DNA of 64,000 nucleotides from Malacoraja senta (taxonomy: Eukaryota): the NCBI GenBank assembly GCA_038087875.1, contig CM075989.1, forward strand, positions 22,260,001-22,324,000. The letters run 5' to 3'. Positions within the stretch are counted from its first letter, which is position 1, and each line of letters starts with the position of its first letter. The position numbers and the translations under genes were made by a program. The notes under the pieces are model-generated. The model searched no databases. It had not been told where the DNA came from and worked only from the letters and a program-made list of their open reading frames with translations. Positions 11,489-23,747 of the stretch are shown piece by piece.

Positions 11489-12011
11489 TGATCACTGGGG
11501 TTGCTGCTTCAATCATTAAGGATTTGACCCTCGTGGATTTGCGAACCATAAAGACCTCTCCTTAACTCTTGTTCACGATGGCATTGAACTATTGGAAACA
11601 AAGCCAGGAGGTATATAGTTTGAGCTGTGTTTGCCAGTCAAATAATGCTCTTGCCTTTAACTGCTTGAGGAAGAAAGAACTGTAGCTGTTGTCAGGGAAA
11701 CTGATGCCAACATGTCACCTGCAAGTTATGAAATGAGAGGCTTGTCTGTACTTGAATTAAGGTGCTTTGGGACCAGGGATGGGAGCACTTGACAGATGCC
11801 AGTTCTGGCACCCTAGACCCTTCAGAATCCTAATTCACACCAGAAGCAGATAGATTACACTGGCTACTTTCCACATGAATAGGTGTAGTCTTTACTCTGG
11901 TGCTAGCACTCTTGACCTGTCTCCTGTCCCTACAGTGACAGAATCCATGGTGTTAATTTACTCCAACTGAATATTGGGATAGAAAGACACATCTGCATAA
12001 TGCAAGGAAAA

Positions 12012-12306
12012 AGGGCGGTCACGGCGGCGCAGCAGTAGAGTTGCTGCCTTACAGTGCTTGCAGCGCCAGAGGCCCGGGTTCGATCCCGACTACGGGTGCT
12101 GTCTGTACGGAGTTTGTACGTTCTCCCCGTGACCTGCGTGGGTTTTCTCTGAGATCTTCAGTTTCCTCCCACACTCCAAAGACGTGCAGGTTTGAAGGTT
12201 AATTGACTTGGTGTATGTGTAAATTGTCTCTATTGTGTGTAGGGTAGTGTTAATGTGCGGCGAGCATTGGTCGGTGTGGATTCGGTGGGCCCAAACTAAA
12301 CTAAAC
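12012..12306 (+). mobile_element. V-SINE (HE1-like)
   Basis: Full copy with a short duplication in the tRNA head. Confidence 0.85.
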
Positions 12307-12335
12307 TTTAAAAAAAAGATTATACATGATTATTA

Positions 12336-12606
12336 GAAACAAGTAACTACAGATGCTGTGTACGAAGGAACTGCAGATGCTGGTTTACCCCAAAGATAAA
12401 CACAAAATGCTGGAGTAATTCAGTGGGACGGGCCGCATCTCTGGAGAGAAGGAATGGGTGTTGTTTCGGATCGAGACCCTTCTGGATCTCGACCTAAAAC
12501 GTCACCCATTCCTTCTCTCCAGAGATGCTGCCTGTCCCGATGTGTTGCTCCAGCATCTTGTGTCTATCTACAGTGTAAACCAGTATCTGCAGTTCTTTCC
12601 TACACA
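12336..12606. mobile_element. Inverted PLE unit pair
   Basis: GAAGGAACTGCAGATGCTGG ... CCAGTATCTGCAGTTCTTTCCTACAC inverted ends. Confidence 0.75.
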
Positions 12607-12744
12607 TTCTGATGCTGCCCTCAATTAATCTGCTGGTCATACCCTTGCTTGTTGCCTTTGGATCTGAATACTTCAATATATTCTTGGACATCACTTTACA
12701 GTCCAGAGATCTAAAGTTATTCAGAGCTTGTTCCAACATAATCA

Positions 12745-12888
12745 AGATGATTAGTACCAGTGTCCGGGGTTATGGGGAGAAGGTAGGAGAATTCGGTTAG
12801 GACGGATAGATCAGCCATGAATGAATGGTGGAGTAGATTTGATGGGTTGAATGGCCTAATTCTGCTCCTATCACTTATGAACTTGTGA
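12745..12888 (+). mobile_element. CR1 3' tail (family B)
   Basis: GATCAGCCATGA...TAATTCTGCTCCTATCACTTATGAAC. Confidence 0.75.
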
Positions 12889-12988
12889 CCCACAATGTTT
12901 GGACTTAATCTACCAACAACATTGAAACCTGATGAGTTAAGGCCTATTCTTGAGCAGGGCAGCCATGATGATCTATCTGATACCTTAA

Positions 12989-13547
12989 AGACTCTGTCTC
13001 ACGGTGTTGCGGTCATCGGCGGTGAAGCGCGGCGTCGCCGGTAGAGGGGACCGCACGGAAACGGCGAGAGCGCCGAGCCTATGCCACGGGAGCGCCGCAC
13101 GGGTGCTGCGCGGGGGCCGAGTGATTTAAATACGGCTGGTCCCACGGGCTTGCGGTAAGTAAAAACAAAGGGCGGGCCGACTGCGATGACGTCATTTTGG
13201 ATCAGCGGGGCTGTGGCGGCGGCCGTCCTGATCGCGACGCTGTGGCGGCGGCCGTGCCGCACACGTGCCTCACTGGCGGAGGCTGTGGCGGTGGTCGTGC
13301 TTCACTGGCGGAGGCTGTGGCGATGCAAGTTCGACGCACAGCGCTCGTGCCTCACTGGCGGCGGCTGTGCGGTAGGAAAAGTTTTTTGAACAGTGTTGGT
13401 TTTAATTTAGCACCGTGCGGTGTTGGGAACAACGCCGCACGGCCCCGGAATTGTGCGTTTGACCGAGTGCGCGGTCTATGGCGGCCCAGGAGCGGTAGAT
13501 TCTTCCTGTTTCTCCGCCAATGACCGCAGACTCGTGAGACAGGCCTT
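12989..13547. mobile_element. CpG-rich non-autonomous Harbinger-type element
   Basis: Imperfect TIRs (..CTGTCTCACG..TGCGGTCATYGGCGG), TAA duplication at 12986-12988 and 13548-13550, three internal CGTGCYTCACTGGCGGMGGCTGTG repeats. Confidence 0.75.
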
Positions 13548-13659
13548 TAAGGTACAACGATTCTCCAGAGTGTAGGGTGCATCTGTCCAGTGTTCCCATG
13601 TATTTCTAATCCCCAAAACACCTACATGTAGGAACAGGCACGACTTCCAGTACATCGTC

Positions 13660-13830
13660 AACAACAAAGCAATTAGTTATTTGGTCATCATCATGTTTTG
13701 TGCACAAAATGGCTTCCATATTACATTTGTTTACAACAGTGAATGCATTTTCATACATTATCAGTTATAAGGGGTTTTGGGAAGATTTATAATAATGATA
13801 GGGAGTATATAAATGTGAATATATTTCTCT
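13660..13830 (+). mobile_element. Highly decayed DeuSINE (SacSINE1/AmnSINE1-like) remnant
   Basis: By-eye similarity to the Deu-domain end and tail (GGTCATCATCA..TGTGCACAAAATGGCT..TACAACAGTGA..TATATAAATG). Confidence 0.45.
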
Positions 13831-13930
13831 TTATTGTTGTTCAAGAAACAGAAAAATTGCATATAAACTGCATTTCACAATCCTTTAATGTAATAGACAA
13901 ATTGTATGCAAAGAGTACAGAATTTAATTT

Positions 13931-14254
13931 AGAATTTAGATTTAGCATGGAAGCAGGCCCTTTGGCCCACCGAGTCCGTGTCGACCAGCGATCGCCCCAT
14001 ATACTAATGATCACCTGTACACTAGTTCTATGTTATCCCAGTTTCACATCCTACACACTAGGGACAATTTACAGAGGCTAATTAACCTACAAACCTGCAT
14101 GTCTTCGGAATGCGGGAGGAAACCGGAGCACCCGGCGAAAACCCATACGGTCACAGGAAGAACGTACAAACTCTGCACAGACAGCACCCGTAGTCAGGGC
14201 CGAACTCGGGTCTCTCACGCTGTGAGGCAGCAACTCTACCGCTGCGCCACTGTG
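13931..14254 (-). mobile_element. V-SINE (HE1-like)
   Basis: Match to the other copies. Confidence 0.85.
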
Positions 14255-15153
14255 CAAATTTGTTTTGTATTTTGATCAGTTCAAGCTCCCAAAGAACCAA
14301 GAACTCACAATGTGAAATCATGGTAGAAAATGCCTAGCACATCTGCTGCAAACTTCATTACCCATTATTTTCAAATGCAATTATTAATTTAAAATACATG
14401 GGTTGGTGACTGTGTTAAAAAGTTCAATTGTGTGTGACAAACACACCATGCATTCCTATAATGCCATAAACAGCAATTTATTAGCTAATATTTAAAAAAA
14501 AAGTGGTAATAATTATACTCTAACTTAATATTCTACATTTTAATATTCTATATCTATGCAATGTTGGCTATTGAAGAGTATAACCTTCCTTCAGTCCACA
14601 TATTATTTCCATTACGTTTTGCACACATGATTTCTGCTACCACCTTTAAGGATACAAATATGCTTAGGGTTCTTCTATCTTAAATCAGGCTGATGTACAT
14701 TATTTTTGAAAATCTAGGCATGGTGAATTTATATTGACAGTGGCGCACGTTAAGCAGGATCACTAATGGATGACCTTGAGGATCAGCCATTACATACTGC
14801 AGAAGATCAAGTCTCAGCCCTCTCCTGCGAGTGTTCTGACCCTTCTATTCTCCCTTCACCGTCCTAACCTTTAACTTCTGATCTTTGACCAAATTATTAA
14901 ACAGACACCTGCTTCTTTTCTTGCGACTCCAGCGCCAGACCTGGAGTGGTACCATAATTCCCTATGCATATACACACACCACTGTGATGCACTGCGAGAC
15001 ACACATGGGCGATCGCAGGCACTGGGTTGCGATGGAGTGCGTCCTGTTTCAGAACACGCCGGTTTTCACTGCACTCAGACTGATTTGACTTGCCCTCGAA
15101 ATCAGTGTTGTCAACGTCGTCAGCGATGTTTGAAGTAAATAAAAATAGTCTTT

Positions 15154-15255
15154 TACGATACGATACGATATGATACGATAGAAATGTATTTATCCCAGGA
15201 AAGAAATTGATCTGCCAACAGTCATAAAAATACAAACATGAAATTAATGTGACAA
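15154..15255 (-). mobile_element. Short retroposon 3' end with (TCGTA)n tail
   Basis: (TACGA)n on plus preceding TTTAT; family unassigned. Confidence 0.5.
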
Positions 15256-15639
15256 CTTTACACTGCAATGTATTTTACACCACCACACTTCAAATTAATT
15301 CTTCTCCAGTAACAATTCAATATAAATGAAATCAATATTTATATTTCCTTTCAATAGGCAGTGTATATTCAATCCCTTCCCTGTTCTTTGGAACTGCAGC
15401 CTCAGTCTTAAACATAAATGGACGTTAAAAATATCAAATAATTAATTGGCATTGTGTTCTGAAATCTAGTATAAGTTCCTGCATGTGTGTGTGTTACATT
15501 AAGTTCTGAACGTTTAATATTTTAATTTTTATTTCTACATGTTTCTTGCAACCACTGGTCTGTTGCAAGAAATGTCTTGTGCATGCTCTGTTGTGATATC
15601 CAGATAAAGGTATATTCTATATTATTATGTTTCCAAATG

Positions 15640-16520
15640 AAAATCCTTACCTGCTGTAAGGAGGCAATGTCGTTTGTTTGGGAATTGTTTGCGGACGTAA
15701 TTGCCCTTTTAACACATGCTTGAAATATTATAGAGAACCATATTGTTAACAAGAGCATCGAAACTATGCATATATACATGACATTACAGTACTGCTGCTG
15801 AGCAGGTCGGGGAAGCGGTGCTGAGGTGGGGCCAGAGAGAGCAGCTGACATCCAATGGCAGAAATGAGTCATTATGCTACAGTTTAGGATTGACACTGAC
15901 CGAGGTCTGCCATCTTGCATTGTCCCACCATCTGCCCAGACTTGATCTTTGCCTCCAGTACTTTGCTTCTCAATTAACAGGTCCAGGTGGGCAAGGATTC
16001 CGTCATTTCCCTAACGTCATTACAGCCGCCGTGGACAGGGCATTATTAATACTGAGAATTGATCTGGGCCCCTGATCGCCGTCGTGTGCTAATTCTCGCA
16101 CAGCAGACAGAGGCCGACACCATGTAATCTGAGAATGGACTGGGGCAGTCTTTGCTCGTGTGCACCTCCATCCAGCTCTTTTGTCCAGGCACATGATCTG
16201 ATGTGTGGTGTTCTCCGACGTGCTTTTGAACAAAGCTGTATCTGTGCAGGCCTTGATCAAGAACAAGGGGCTGGGAGAGGAGGACCCCTTTGACATGATG
16301 CCTGGAGCTGTTTAAAGCCCGGCAATTAAAACGCCACCTACTGAAGAAAGAGACTAGGGCAGTAGAGCTGCAAAGGGCTTGCGCTCTTATCCCCACCTTG
16401 CCTTTAAGTTATCACTTTACCCGCAACCAATGTATTCTCTGCTCTCCACTTGTCTGCCTTGATCTGGGTCCCAATCCCCATCAGCGGCGATGATAGTGCT
16501 TTGTTTTTCACTGCAAAGTA
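15640..16520. promoter_or_regulatory. Candidate conserved non-coding element
   Basis: Inside a repeat-free island of about 2 kb; CpGs retained, many TAAT/ATTA cores, no credible ORF. Confidence 0.4.
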
Positions 16521-17452
16521 CGTGCTTGAAGTGATTGAAATTGAAGTGCCGTGCGAAGCTTACGTGGGCAGCAGAAAATGAACTGAACTTGAATAATATC
16601 AGGCAGCAAAAAAAAACAAAAAAAAAATGTGGAATGCTAAGTTTGAAAAAAAAAAACTTTGAGCAGTTTAGTTAGCAGGTGAATGCAGGATGCATGTTTA
16701 TGTTTGGGGATTCATATGCAGTTAGGTTGTAAAGAGGCATAACACACTGCAATGATATCCTTGATCAGTGTTAGAACTCGGCAAATAGGGTTGTGTCGCA
16801 TACAGTTATCATCAATCTATTTTCGATTCCCAGAGCTCAAATCATTCCAAGCGTTCTACAACGCATTCCCTTCATTTAGCTTCCAGGAATGAAATAGCCT
16901 GCCTTTTTTTTTTTCAATTTTAGACAAATTTCAGTGAAGTGGTATTGTTTACCCATCCAGTGTACTGCTGTTTACATATTCCTCAGAGTAAAATTGCCAG
17001 GTGTCGCTGTTCCCGATCGCAATTTTCAGTTTTCTATTTTTAATCTGCAAGAGCACAGGTCACTCTGACCATCAAAACAGCAGATATGGGAAGGTAATCT
17101 GTTCACTCTGAGAGAGAGAATGGATGGGAGGCCGGGCTGCAGGGCACCACGTCCGTCGATGAGGTGTGCATCTTCTCTGTTGGCAGAAGATGTATTATGG
17201 TCTGGAAATCCTCTCGAGTTTGTTCCCAGATGTGAATGGGCTACAGCAACACACAGCAACACTGAAGTGACTAATAAGAGGCTTGTGTGGATGTTAGGCC
17301 TCGCATACCACATCGATCCATGGCTGGAGTCAGAGAACTGTCATGTATCTCAGAACTCCAATGTCAAACTGTGCAAGAAACCTTGTGGAGTCTATAAAAT
17401 GGTTTCCTGCAAGTCTCCTTTGAATAGTTTTTCTGAATCTTTCAGTTGTACT

Positions 17453-17759
17453 TTAGTTTATTTTACTTTAGAGATACAGCATGGAAACAGGCCCTTCGGC
17501 CTCGCGAGTCTGCGCCTACCAGCGATCACCCCGTACACTAGCACCGTCCTACACACACCAGGGACAATTTACTACTACCAGAAGCCAATTAACCTACAAG
17601 CCTGTACTTCTTTGGAGTGTGGGAGGAAACCGGAGAAAACCCACGCAGGTGAAGGGGAGAACGCACAAACTCCGTACAGACAGCACCCGTAGTCAGGATC
17701 GAACCTGGGCCTCTGGCATTGTGAGGCAGCAACTCTACCGCTGCACCACCGTGCCGCCC
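17453..17759 (-). mobile_element. V-SINE (HE1-like)
   Basis: Full copy. Confidence 0.85.
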
Positions 17760-18302
17760 AAATGTGGACAGCCTAAGTGCATTCATGTACAGTCTATTTC
17801 TTGACCAGACAGCTCGCAAACAAAAGGTTTTAACAGAGTCTCTGTACACGTGACAATAATAAACTAAACGAAACTAAACTAACGTGGAGCCAGAATAAGC
17901 ATAATTGCATCAAAAATTGGTTCCACGCATTTTCCGCTCTATCCCGAGCCCGGATATTGTTGATTTCCCAGTGTAGAGCTGAACAAAATGTAATTTTTAA
18001 ATCAGCATTACAAGCGTTCTATTCTTCCAGTGGAAAAAGAGGGCACTTAACACATAATTGAATTCTGTGCCACACTTTGAAATGCTTCATCTTAACAAGA
18101 GGTTGCACAAAATATTAATTGGTGAATTTTAATTTTATTGGCGGATGCTAGGTGGTTTTGTCAGTGGATACTCATCAAAAATGGTCTGTATTTTTTTACT
18201 GTTTTGTGTTAGCACAGGTCAAAATGGAGGTTGAAGCTGTGCCTCAGCGCCATCAGCGGTAAGCTGCTAGAACAGCAGGCTGCCTGGTTAGACTGTGGTA
18301 AC

Positions 18303-18592
18303 TTTAGTTTAGTTTAGAGATACAGTGTGGAAACTGGCCCTTCGGCCCACCGAGTCCGCGCCGACCAGCGATCCCCGCACACTAACACTATCCTGCACAC
18401 AATAGGGACAATTTAAGTTTATACAACGCCAATTAGCCTACAAACCTGTACGTCTTTGGAGTGTGGGAGGAAACTGGAAATCCCGGAGAAAACCCACGCA
18501 GATCACATGGAGAATGTACAAACTCTGTACAGACAGCACCCGTAGTCGGGATTAAACCCGGGTCTCTGGCGCTGTGAGATACACCATCGTGC
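18303..18592 (-). mobile_element. V-SINE (HE1-like)
   Basis: Near-full copy. Confidence 0.85.
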
Positions 18593-18710
18593 AGCCCATG
18601 ATAACTTCAGTTTTTTTCAGTTTTTCATTATTTTGATATGTACCGAGGTACAGTGAAAAGCTTTTGTTTGCCTGCAGTCCAGTCAAAGAAAAGACCATAC
18701 ATTAATATTA

Positions 18711-18950
18711 AAAACAAAGAGCTACAGCTGCTTGTTTATACCAAGGATAGACGCAAAGTACTGCAATAACTCAGTGGGTCAGGCAGCATCTCTGGAGAAA
18801 AAGGATGGGTGACGTTTCAGGTTGGGACCCTTCTTCTGACTCAGTCATATCTTCATCTGTCCGAAGACGAGTCCTGACCCCAAACATCACCCATCCTTTT
18901 TCTCCAGAGATGTGGCCTGACCCACTGAGTTAATCCAGCACTGTGTGTCT
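18711..18950. mobile_element. Inverted PLE unit pair
   Basis: Antisense then sense unit. Confidence 0.75.
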
Positions 18951-18976
18951 ATACATGAATATTTATGACTATACAT

Positions 18977-19362
18977 GAGGTGGCAAAGTAATGCAGCAGT
19001 AGATTTGTTGCCTTAAATGCCAGAGACACCGGATTCGATCCTGACAATGGGTGCTGTCTGTACGGGGTTTGTATGTTTCCCTGTGAACGCATGGGTTTTC
19101 TCCGGGTGCTCCCATATTCCAAAGACGTACAGGTTTGTTGGTGAGTTGGCTTCTGTAAATTGTCTTTCGGGTGCAGGATAGAACTAGTGTATGGGTGATG
19201 GTACACAAAAATGCTGGAGAAACTCAGCGGGTGCAGCAGCTTCTATGGAGCGAAGGAAATAGGCAACGTTTCGGGCCGAAACATGGGTGATCGCTGGTTG
19301 ACGTGGACACGGTGGGCCGAAGGCCCTGTTTCCATGCTGTATCTCTAAAACTAAACCTAAAA
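18977..19362 (+). mobile_element. V-SINE interrupted by an 83-bp PLE unit (19200-19282)
   Basis: TSD ATGGGTGAT at 19191-19199 and 19283-19291. Confidence 0.8.
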
Positions 19363-20260
19363 CTTAATGAATACAATCACACCGGCCACAGTGCACAGAT
19401 AAAGGATAATGGATACAACATTCAGGGCAAGATAATGCAACTTTGACCATCACTCTTTGAAGCCCAAACATTTGTTGTAAAACCATTGCTGCAGAATAGA
19501 GGTGTGACAAAAGAGAAGCCTTACAGATTTTATTAAATGCTTATAGATTTATTGTTGAATGTTTTCAATTCTCACTCCAAGTTAATGATGTGTTAGATAT
19601 ACAGTATGGACTTAGAATTTGGTTGGCATCTCCGAAGTGCAATAAACGGTGGCTGTATCGTGGGCCAAGGAATGTTTAGTTAATGGGATCAATGCTTGGG
19701 AAACCTACTGGTCCACGAGGCTCAGGGCTATTAAATTGGCCTTGGGCTAAGAAAGGCCTTTCTTTTCAGTATCCCATACTGGTGGAACGTGTAAAGGAAA
19801 TTAAACATGGGCCAGGAGGAATCGCCAGGGATAAGGCTGGTAGTGTGGGGGACATTGCGGCGTGGTGGCTCAGCGGTAGAGTTGTTGCCTTGCAGCACCA
19901 AAGACATGGGTTTGATCCTGTCTATGGGTGCTGTCTCTACCCTTCCATGATGAATTCTAATTGATGCTATGTCAATTGCTACACATATTTGTGAAGCAAA
20001 GTTATTAAGGGATTAATTGATTTTTATTTAGAAGAAAGGACATTAAAATCAAGCAAATGTAAAAGTAGAGGTTAAAGGTGATTTTGCCCCAAACTCTCCG
20101 CCACTGAACTTTATTTCTATAATGTACTTTATTTCTACACTTTCCTTGAGGTGGCGTCACAGGTAGATAGGGTGGTCAAGAAAGCTTTTTGGCACATCAG
20201 CCTTCTTTCGTCAGAGTATTGAATATAGAAGTTGGGGGATCATGTTACATTTGCACAAGA

Positions 20261-20961
20261 CACAATAGACAATAGGTGTAGGAGGAGGCCATTCGGCCCT
20301 TCGAGCCAGAACCGCCATTCAATGTGATCATGGCTGATCATCCCCAATCAGTACCCCCATTCCTGCCTTTTCCCTGTATATCCTCTGACTCCCCTATCTT
20401 TAAGAGCCCTATCTAGCTCTCTCTTGAAAGTATCGAGAGAACCGGCCTCCACCGCCCTCTGAGGCAGAGAATTCCACAGACTCACAACTCTCTGTGAGAA
20501 AAAGGGTTTTCTCGTCTCCATTCTAAATGGCTTACTCCTTATTCTTAAACTGTGGCCCCTGGTTCTGGACTCCCCCAACATCGGGAACATGTTTCCTGCC
20601 TCCAGCGTGTCCAAACCCTTAATAATCTTATATGTTTCAATAAGATAACCTCTCATCCTTCTAAACTCCAGAGTGTACAAGCCCAGCTGCTCCATTCTCT
20701 CAGCATATGACAGTCCCGCCATCCCGGGAATTAACCTTGTAAACTGACGCTGCACTCCCTCAATAGCAAGAATGTCCTTCCTCAAATTAGGGGACCAAAA
20801 CTGCACACAATACTCCGGGTGTGGTCTCACTAGGGCTCTGTACAACTGCAGAAGGACCTCTTTGCTCCTATACTCGACTCCTCTTGTTATAAAGGCCAAC
20901 ATGCCATTCGCTTTCTTCACTGCCTGCTGTACCTGCATGCTTACTTTCATAGACTGATGAA
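20261..20961 (-). mobile_element. CR1 LINE 3' fragment (family C) with a 200-aa open ORF2 C-terminus
   Basis: ORF 20348-20950: KKANGMLAFI...LYRALVRPHPEYCVQFWSP...RVVSLWNSLP; tail (ATTGTCT)n. Confidence 0.9.
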
Positions 20962-21485
20962 CAAGGGCACATTTGGAATATTGTGTTCAGTTTGGGTCTC
21001 CATGTTACAGGACAGATGTTAGTAAGCTGGATAGGGTGCAGAGAAGATTAACGAGGATGTTACCAGGACTCGATGGCCTAAGTTATAGAGAGTGGTTGGG
21101 CAGGCAAGAACTTTATTCATCGGAGTGCAGGAGGCTGAGTGATGAATGTAGAGAGGTGTATAAGATCATGGGTGAATGCACTGTCTTTTACTCAGTATAG
21201 GGAAATCAAGATCCAAGGGACATAGGTTTAAGATGAGATGAGAAAAAATTAATAGGAACCTAAGGGGCAACTTTCTTAATGCAAAGAGTGGTAGATGTAT
21301 GGAACAAGCAGCCGGAGGAGTGGTTGAGGCAGGTACTATCACAAAGTTTAAAAAACTCTTGGGTTGGATAGGATTGGAGGGGTATGGGCCAAACGCATGC
21401 AGGTAGGACTAGTGATGGGGCATGTTGGTTGTCGTGGGCAAGTTGGGCTGAAGGAGCTGTTTCCACATTTCTTGACTCTATGCCT
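20962..21485 (+). mobile_element. CR1 LINE 3' fragment (family A); its upstream part lies at about 20149-20260
   Basis: EYCVQFGSPCYRTDVSKLDRVQRRLTRMLPGL; continuous with 20149-20260 once the nested copy is removed. Confidence 0.8.
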
Positions 21486-21645
21486 CTATAACAGTCAGTA
21501 ATTGACAGTGATTGATTATTATAATTAGATAACCACTCCATTATTATTGCATCATGCAGCCATCAGGTTGGTGAAAGACAAATTAGATAGATCCTTTCTT
21601 TCCACTCAATTCATATCTGCCTATGAAATATTCATGTTACCTATA

Positions 21646-21945
21646 GAGTCAAGAGAGTCAAGTGTGTTTAATTGTCATATGTACCAACAACAGAACGATG
21701 ATATTCTTACTTGTGGCAGCATAACAGGCCCATAAACTCAATACGTGTAGATAATAAATAATAAACAAAAAAATCAATAAATGAATAATGCCAACAATCG
21801 TGCAAAAAAAAACAATGTCCTATGAAAGTGCAACCAAAGTCAGTTCATGATTCACTTTGAGATTAGTGTTGCTTCTTGTTCAAGAGCCTGATGGTTATTG
21901 GGAAGAAGTTACTTTTGAACCTGGCGCTCACGGATTTCAGATCCT
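21646..21945 (-). mobile_element. Rex1/Babar 3' UTR fragment
   Basis: Same UTR and tail type as 853-1212. Confidence 0.6.
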
Positions 21946-22529
21946 CATAACTTGTTCCTTAGACTTAAAGAGTGAAAGAAGAAAACAACAACAAAAAATA
22001 CAATTAATCAGCGAAACGGCGACAAAAATGACTAATGATTTATTGGTGCCTATATTATGTGCTTGTTCACGACTGATAACACTTCCATGAAGCGCACCAC
22101 TGGTAGATAGAACCTGGGATGAGGAAAAATGGGAGCTTTCATTAAGGAAACTTAAGTAGACCACAGAAGGGACTATGAACATATCCACACGTTAATGGTT
22201 CAGCGCCAGATTGCAATCACCTGACAGGGGCTTAAACAAAAACGTCGTGAAGAGACAGCATCCCCTAATGTCCAAGATCAATATTGTTCCTCAAAACCTA
22301 TGGCATCTAAAGCCAAGATCTAAATAATCATATCTTTGTTGGCAATGGCAACAGCTGTATGGAACTATGTTGCTGCATTGCCGATGTAAAGCCAATAACT
22401 GTGTTTGTCAAGTGGGTTGCAATGCCTTCAGGGTGTGATTTGTGCTATAAATTGCAGGTTGTCTTTAACATATTAAACCTCGCATTTTTATTCTTCAATC
22501 AACACCTCAGATGCTGCTTATAAATTAAA

Positions 22530-22635
22530 AAAAAAAACTTGTATTTATATTGCACTTTTTATGATCTCGGAATGTCTCAAAGTGTTTCAAAACTAATGTA
22601 GTTCGCCTTTTAAAGAGTAGTCAGTGATGTTAGAT
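22530..22635 (-). mobile_element. Decayed DeuSINE/L2-type tail
   Basis: Reverse complement resembles ACTGACTACTCTTTAAAAG...GAAACACTTTGAGACATTCCGAG...GTGCAATATAAATACAAG. Confidence 0.45.
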
Positions 22636-23216
22636 TAGGAGATTGGGAGATTATGCAGCAGAGTTTAAACATTATTGAACCCTTTATTAAAATGCACAGC
22701 ATGTGCCTATTATTAATAATAATAATAATAATAGTAATAATTTTGATTAGCCAGCGTAGACATGGGCATTACATTTACTCTAACATTAACTGGACACATA
22801 CATCCAACTAATACCTCATTGTTTTTATTAGATGTAGAAAGCTGACAAAGCAAGTAAATGTCTAACATCTGGTGTTCTGCAGTCGGTTCGTGACAATGAG
22901 GCAAAATGGGAAACATGAGAGGGTAAAGCAGAACATAGCTAATTGATCCTGACTCTTACTCGGATATTACCAATATGAGGTACCCAGTACGTCTTCAGAA
23001 AAACTGTGAAGGAAGAGGTGAGAGTCTTAAAAGTATATGCTGACAGTTTCCACGTGTGCTGTAACACCTCGTTTAAGCCACATCTGATTTAAGAAACGCT
23101 GTTGTCGATCAGTTCATGTGAAGGCTGTCACATTAGTACTGCCGTAGACATTTCTGTGTAAAACTGAACTGGGATGCTTCTTTGAAAGCAGCAAAACTGG
23201 CACGCACATAATCTAA

Positions 23217-23368
23217 GGTAGACACAGAATGCTGAAGTAACTCAGCGGGACAGGCAGCATCTCTGGAGAGAAGGAATGGGTGAAGTTTCGGGTTGAGACC
23301 CTTCTTCAGATCTTCTTTAGGTCTGAAGAAGGGTCTCGATCCGAAACGTCACCCATTCCTTCTCTCCA
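23217..23368. mobile_element. Inverted PLE unit pair with intact hammerhead core
   Basis: GGT-CTGAAGA-A-GGGTCTCGATCC-GAAACGTC-ACC at 23320-23353. Confidence 0.8.
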
Positions 23369-23559
23369 TAATATAAGCTGGCCAAATAATGGGCAATGTC
23401 TATTGTCCCCTGTGGCACTGCTAAATGAATCTTCAGTCGTTTTCTATTTCAAATGTTGCTAGCTTAGCTTAGTTCAGAGATCCAGCATGGAAACAGGTCC
23501 TCCGGCCCCACCAGGTCCACACTGACCAGCGATCATCCGGACACTAGTTCTATCTTAGA

Positions 23560-23730
23560 CGATGGTTGGAGGGAAGAAGCTGCTCCTGAACCTGGACGTT
23601 ACAGTTTTTTAGGCTCCTCTACCTTCCTCCCAATGGCAGGAGTGAAATGAGAGTGTGTCCAGGGTGGTGCAGGTCTCTGACGATGCTGGCTGCCTTCTTG
23701 AGGCAGAGACTATTATAGATCCCTTTGAGG
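23560..23730 (-). mobile_element. Rex1/Babar fragment
   Basis: CLKKAASIVRDLHHPGHTLISLLPLGGR-like translation. Confidence 0.7.
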
Positions 23731-23747
23731 TGAGGAGGTAAATACCC

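Noticed and set aside
13264..13371. Three spaced direct repeats resembling a CRISPR array
   Set aside because: Eukaryotic context, spacers too short and uneven, no cas genes; internal MITE repeats.
12999..13523. GC-rich ORFs suggesting a first exon or gene promoter
   Set aside because: Entirely inside a TIR/TSD-bounded element; the open frames reflect high GC.
12985..13550. TTAA-flanked (Kolobok/piggyBac) reading of the element
   Set aside because: Possible, but the TAA reading gives equal TIR register at both ends and matches the 3798-4125 element, so Harbinger is preferred.
14897..15268. 123-aa minus-strand ORF
   Set aside because: Starts in a retroposon tail; no domain similarity that I can recognise.
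17120..17692. 190-aa ORF
   Set aside because: The last 40% or so is antisense SINE and the rest has no recognisable domain.
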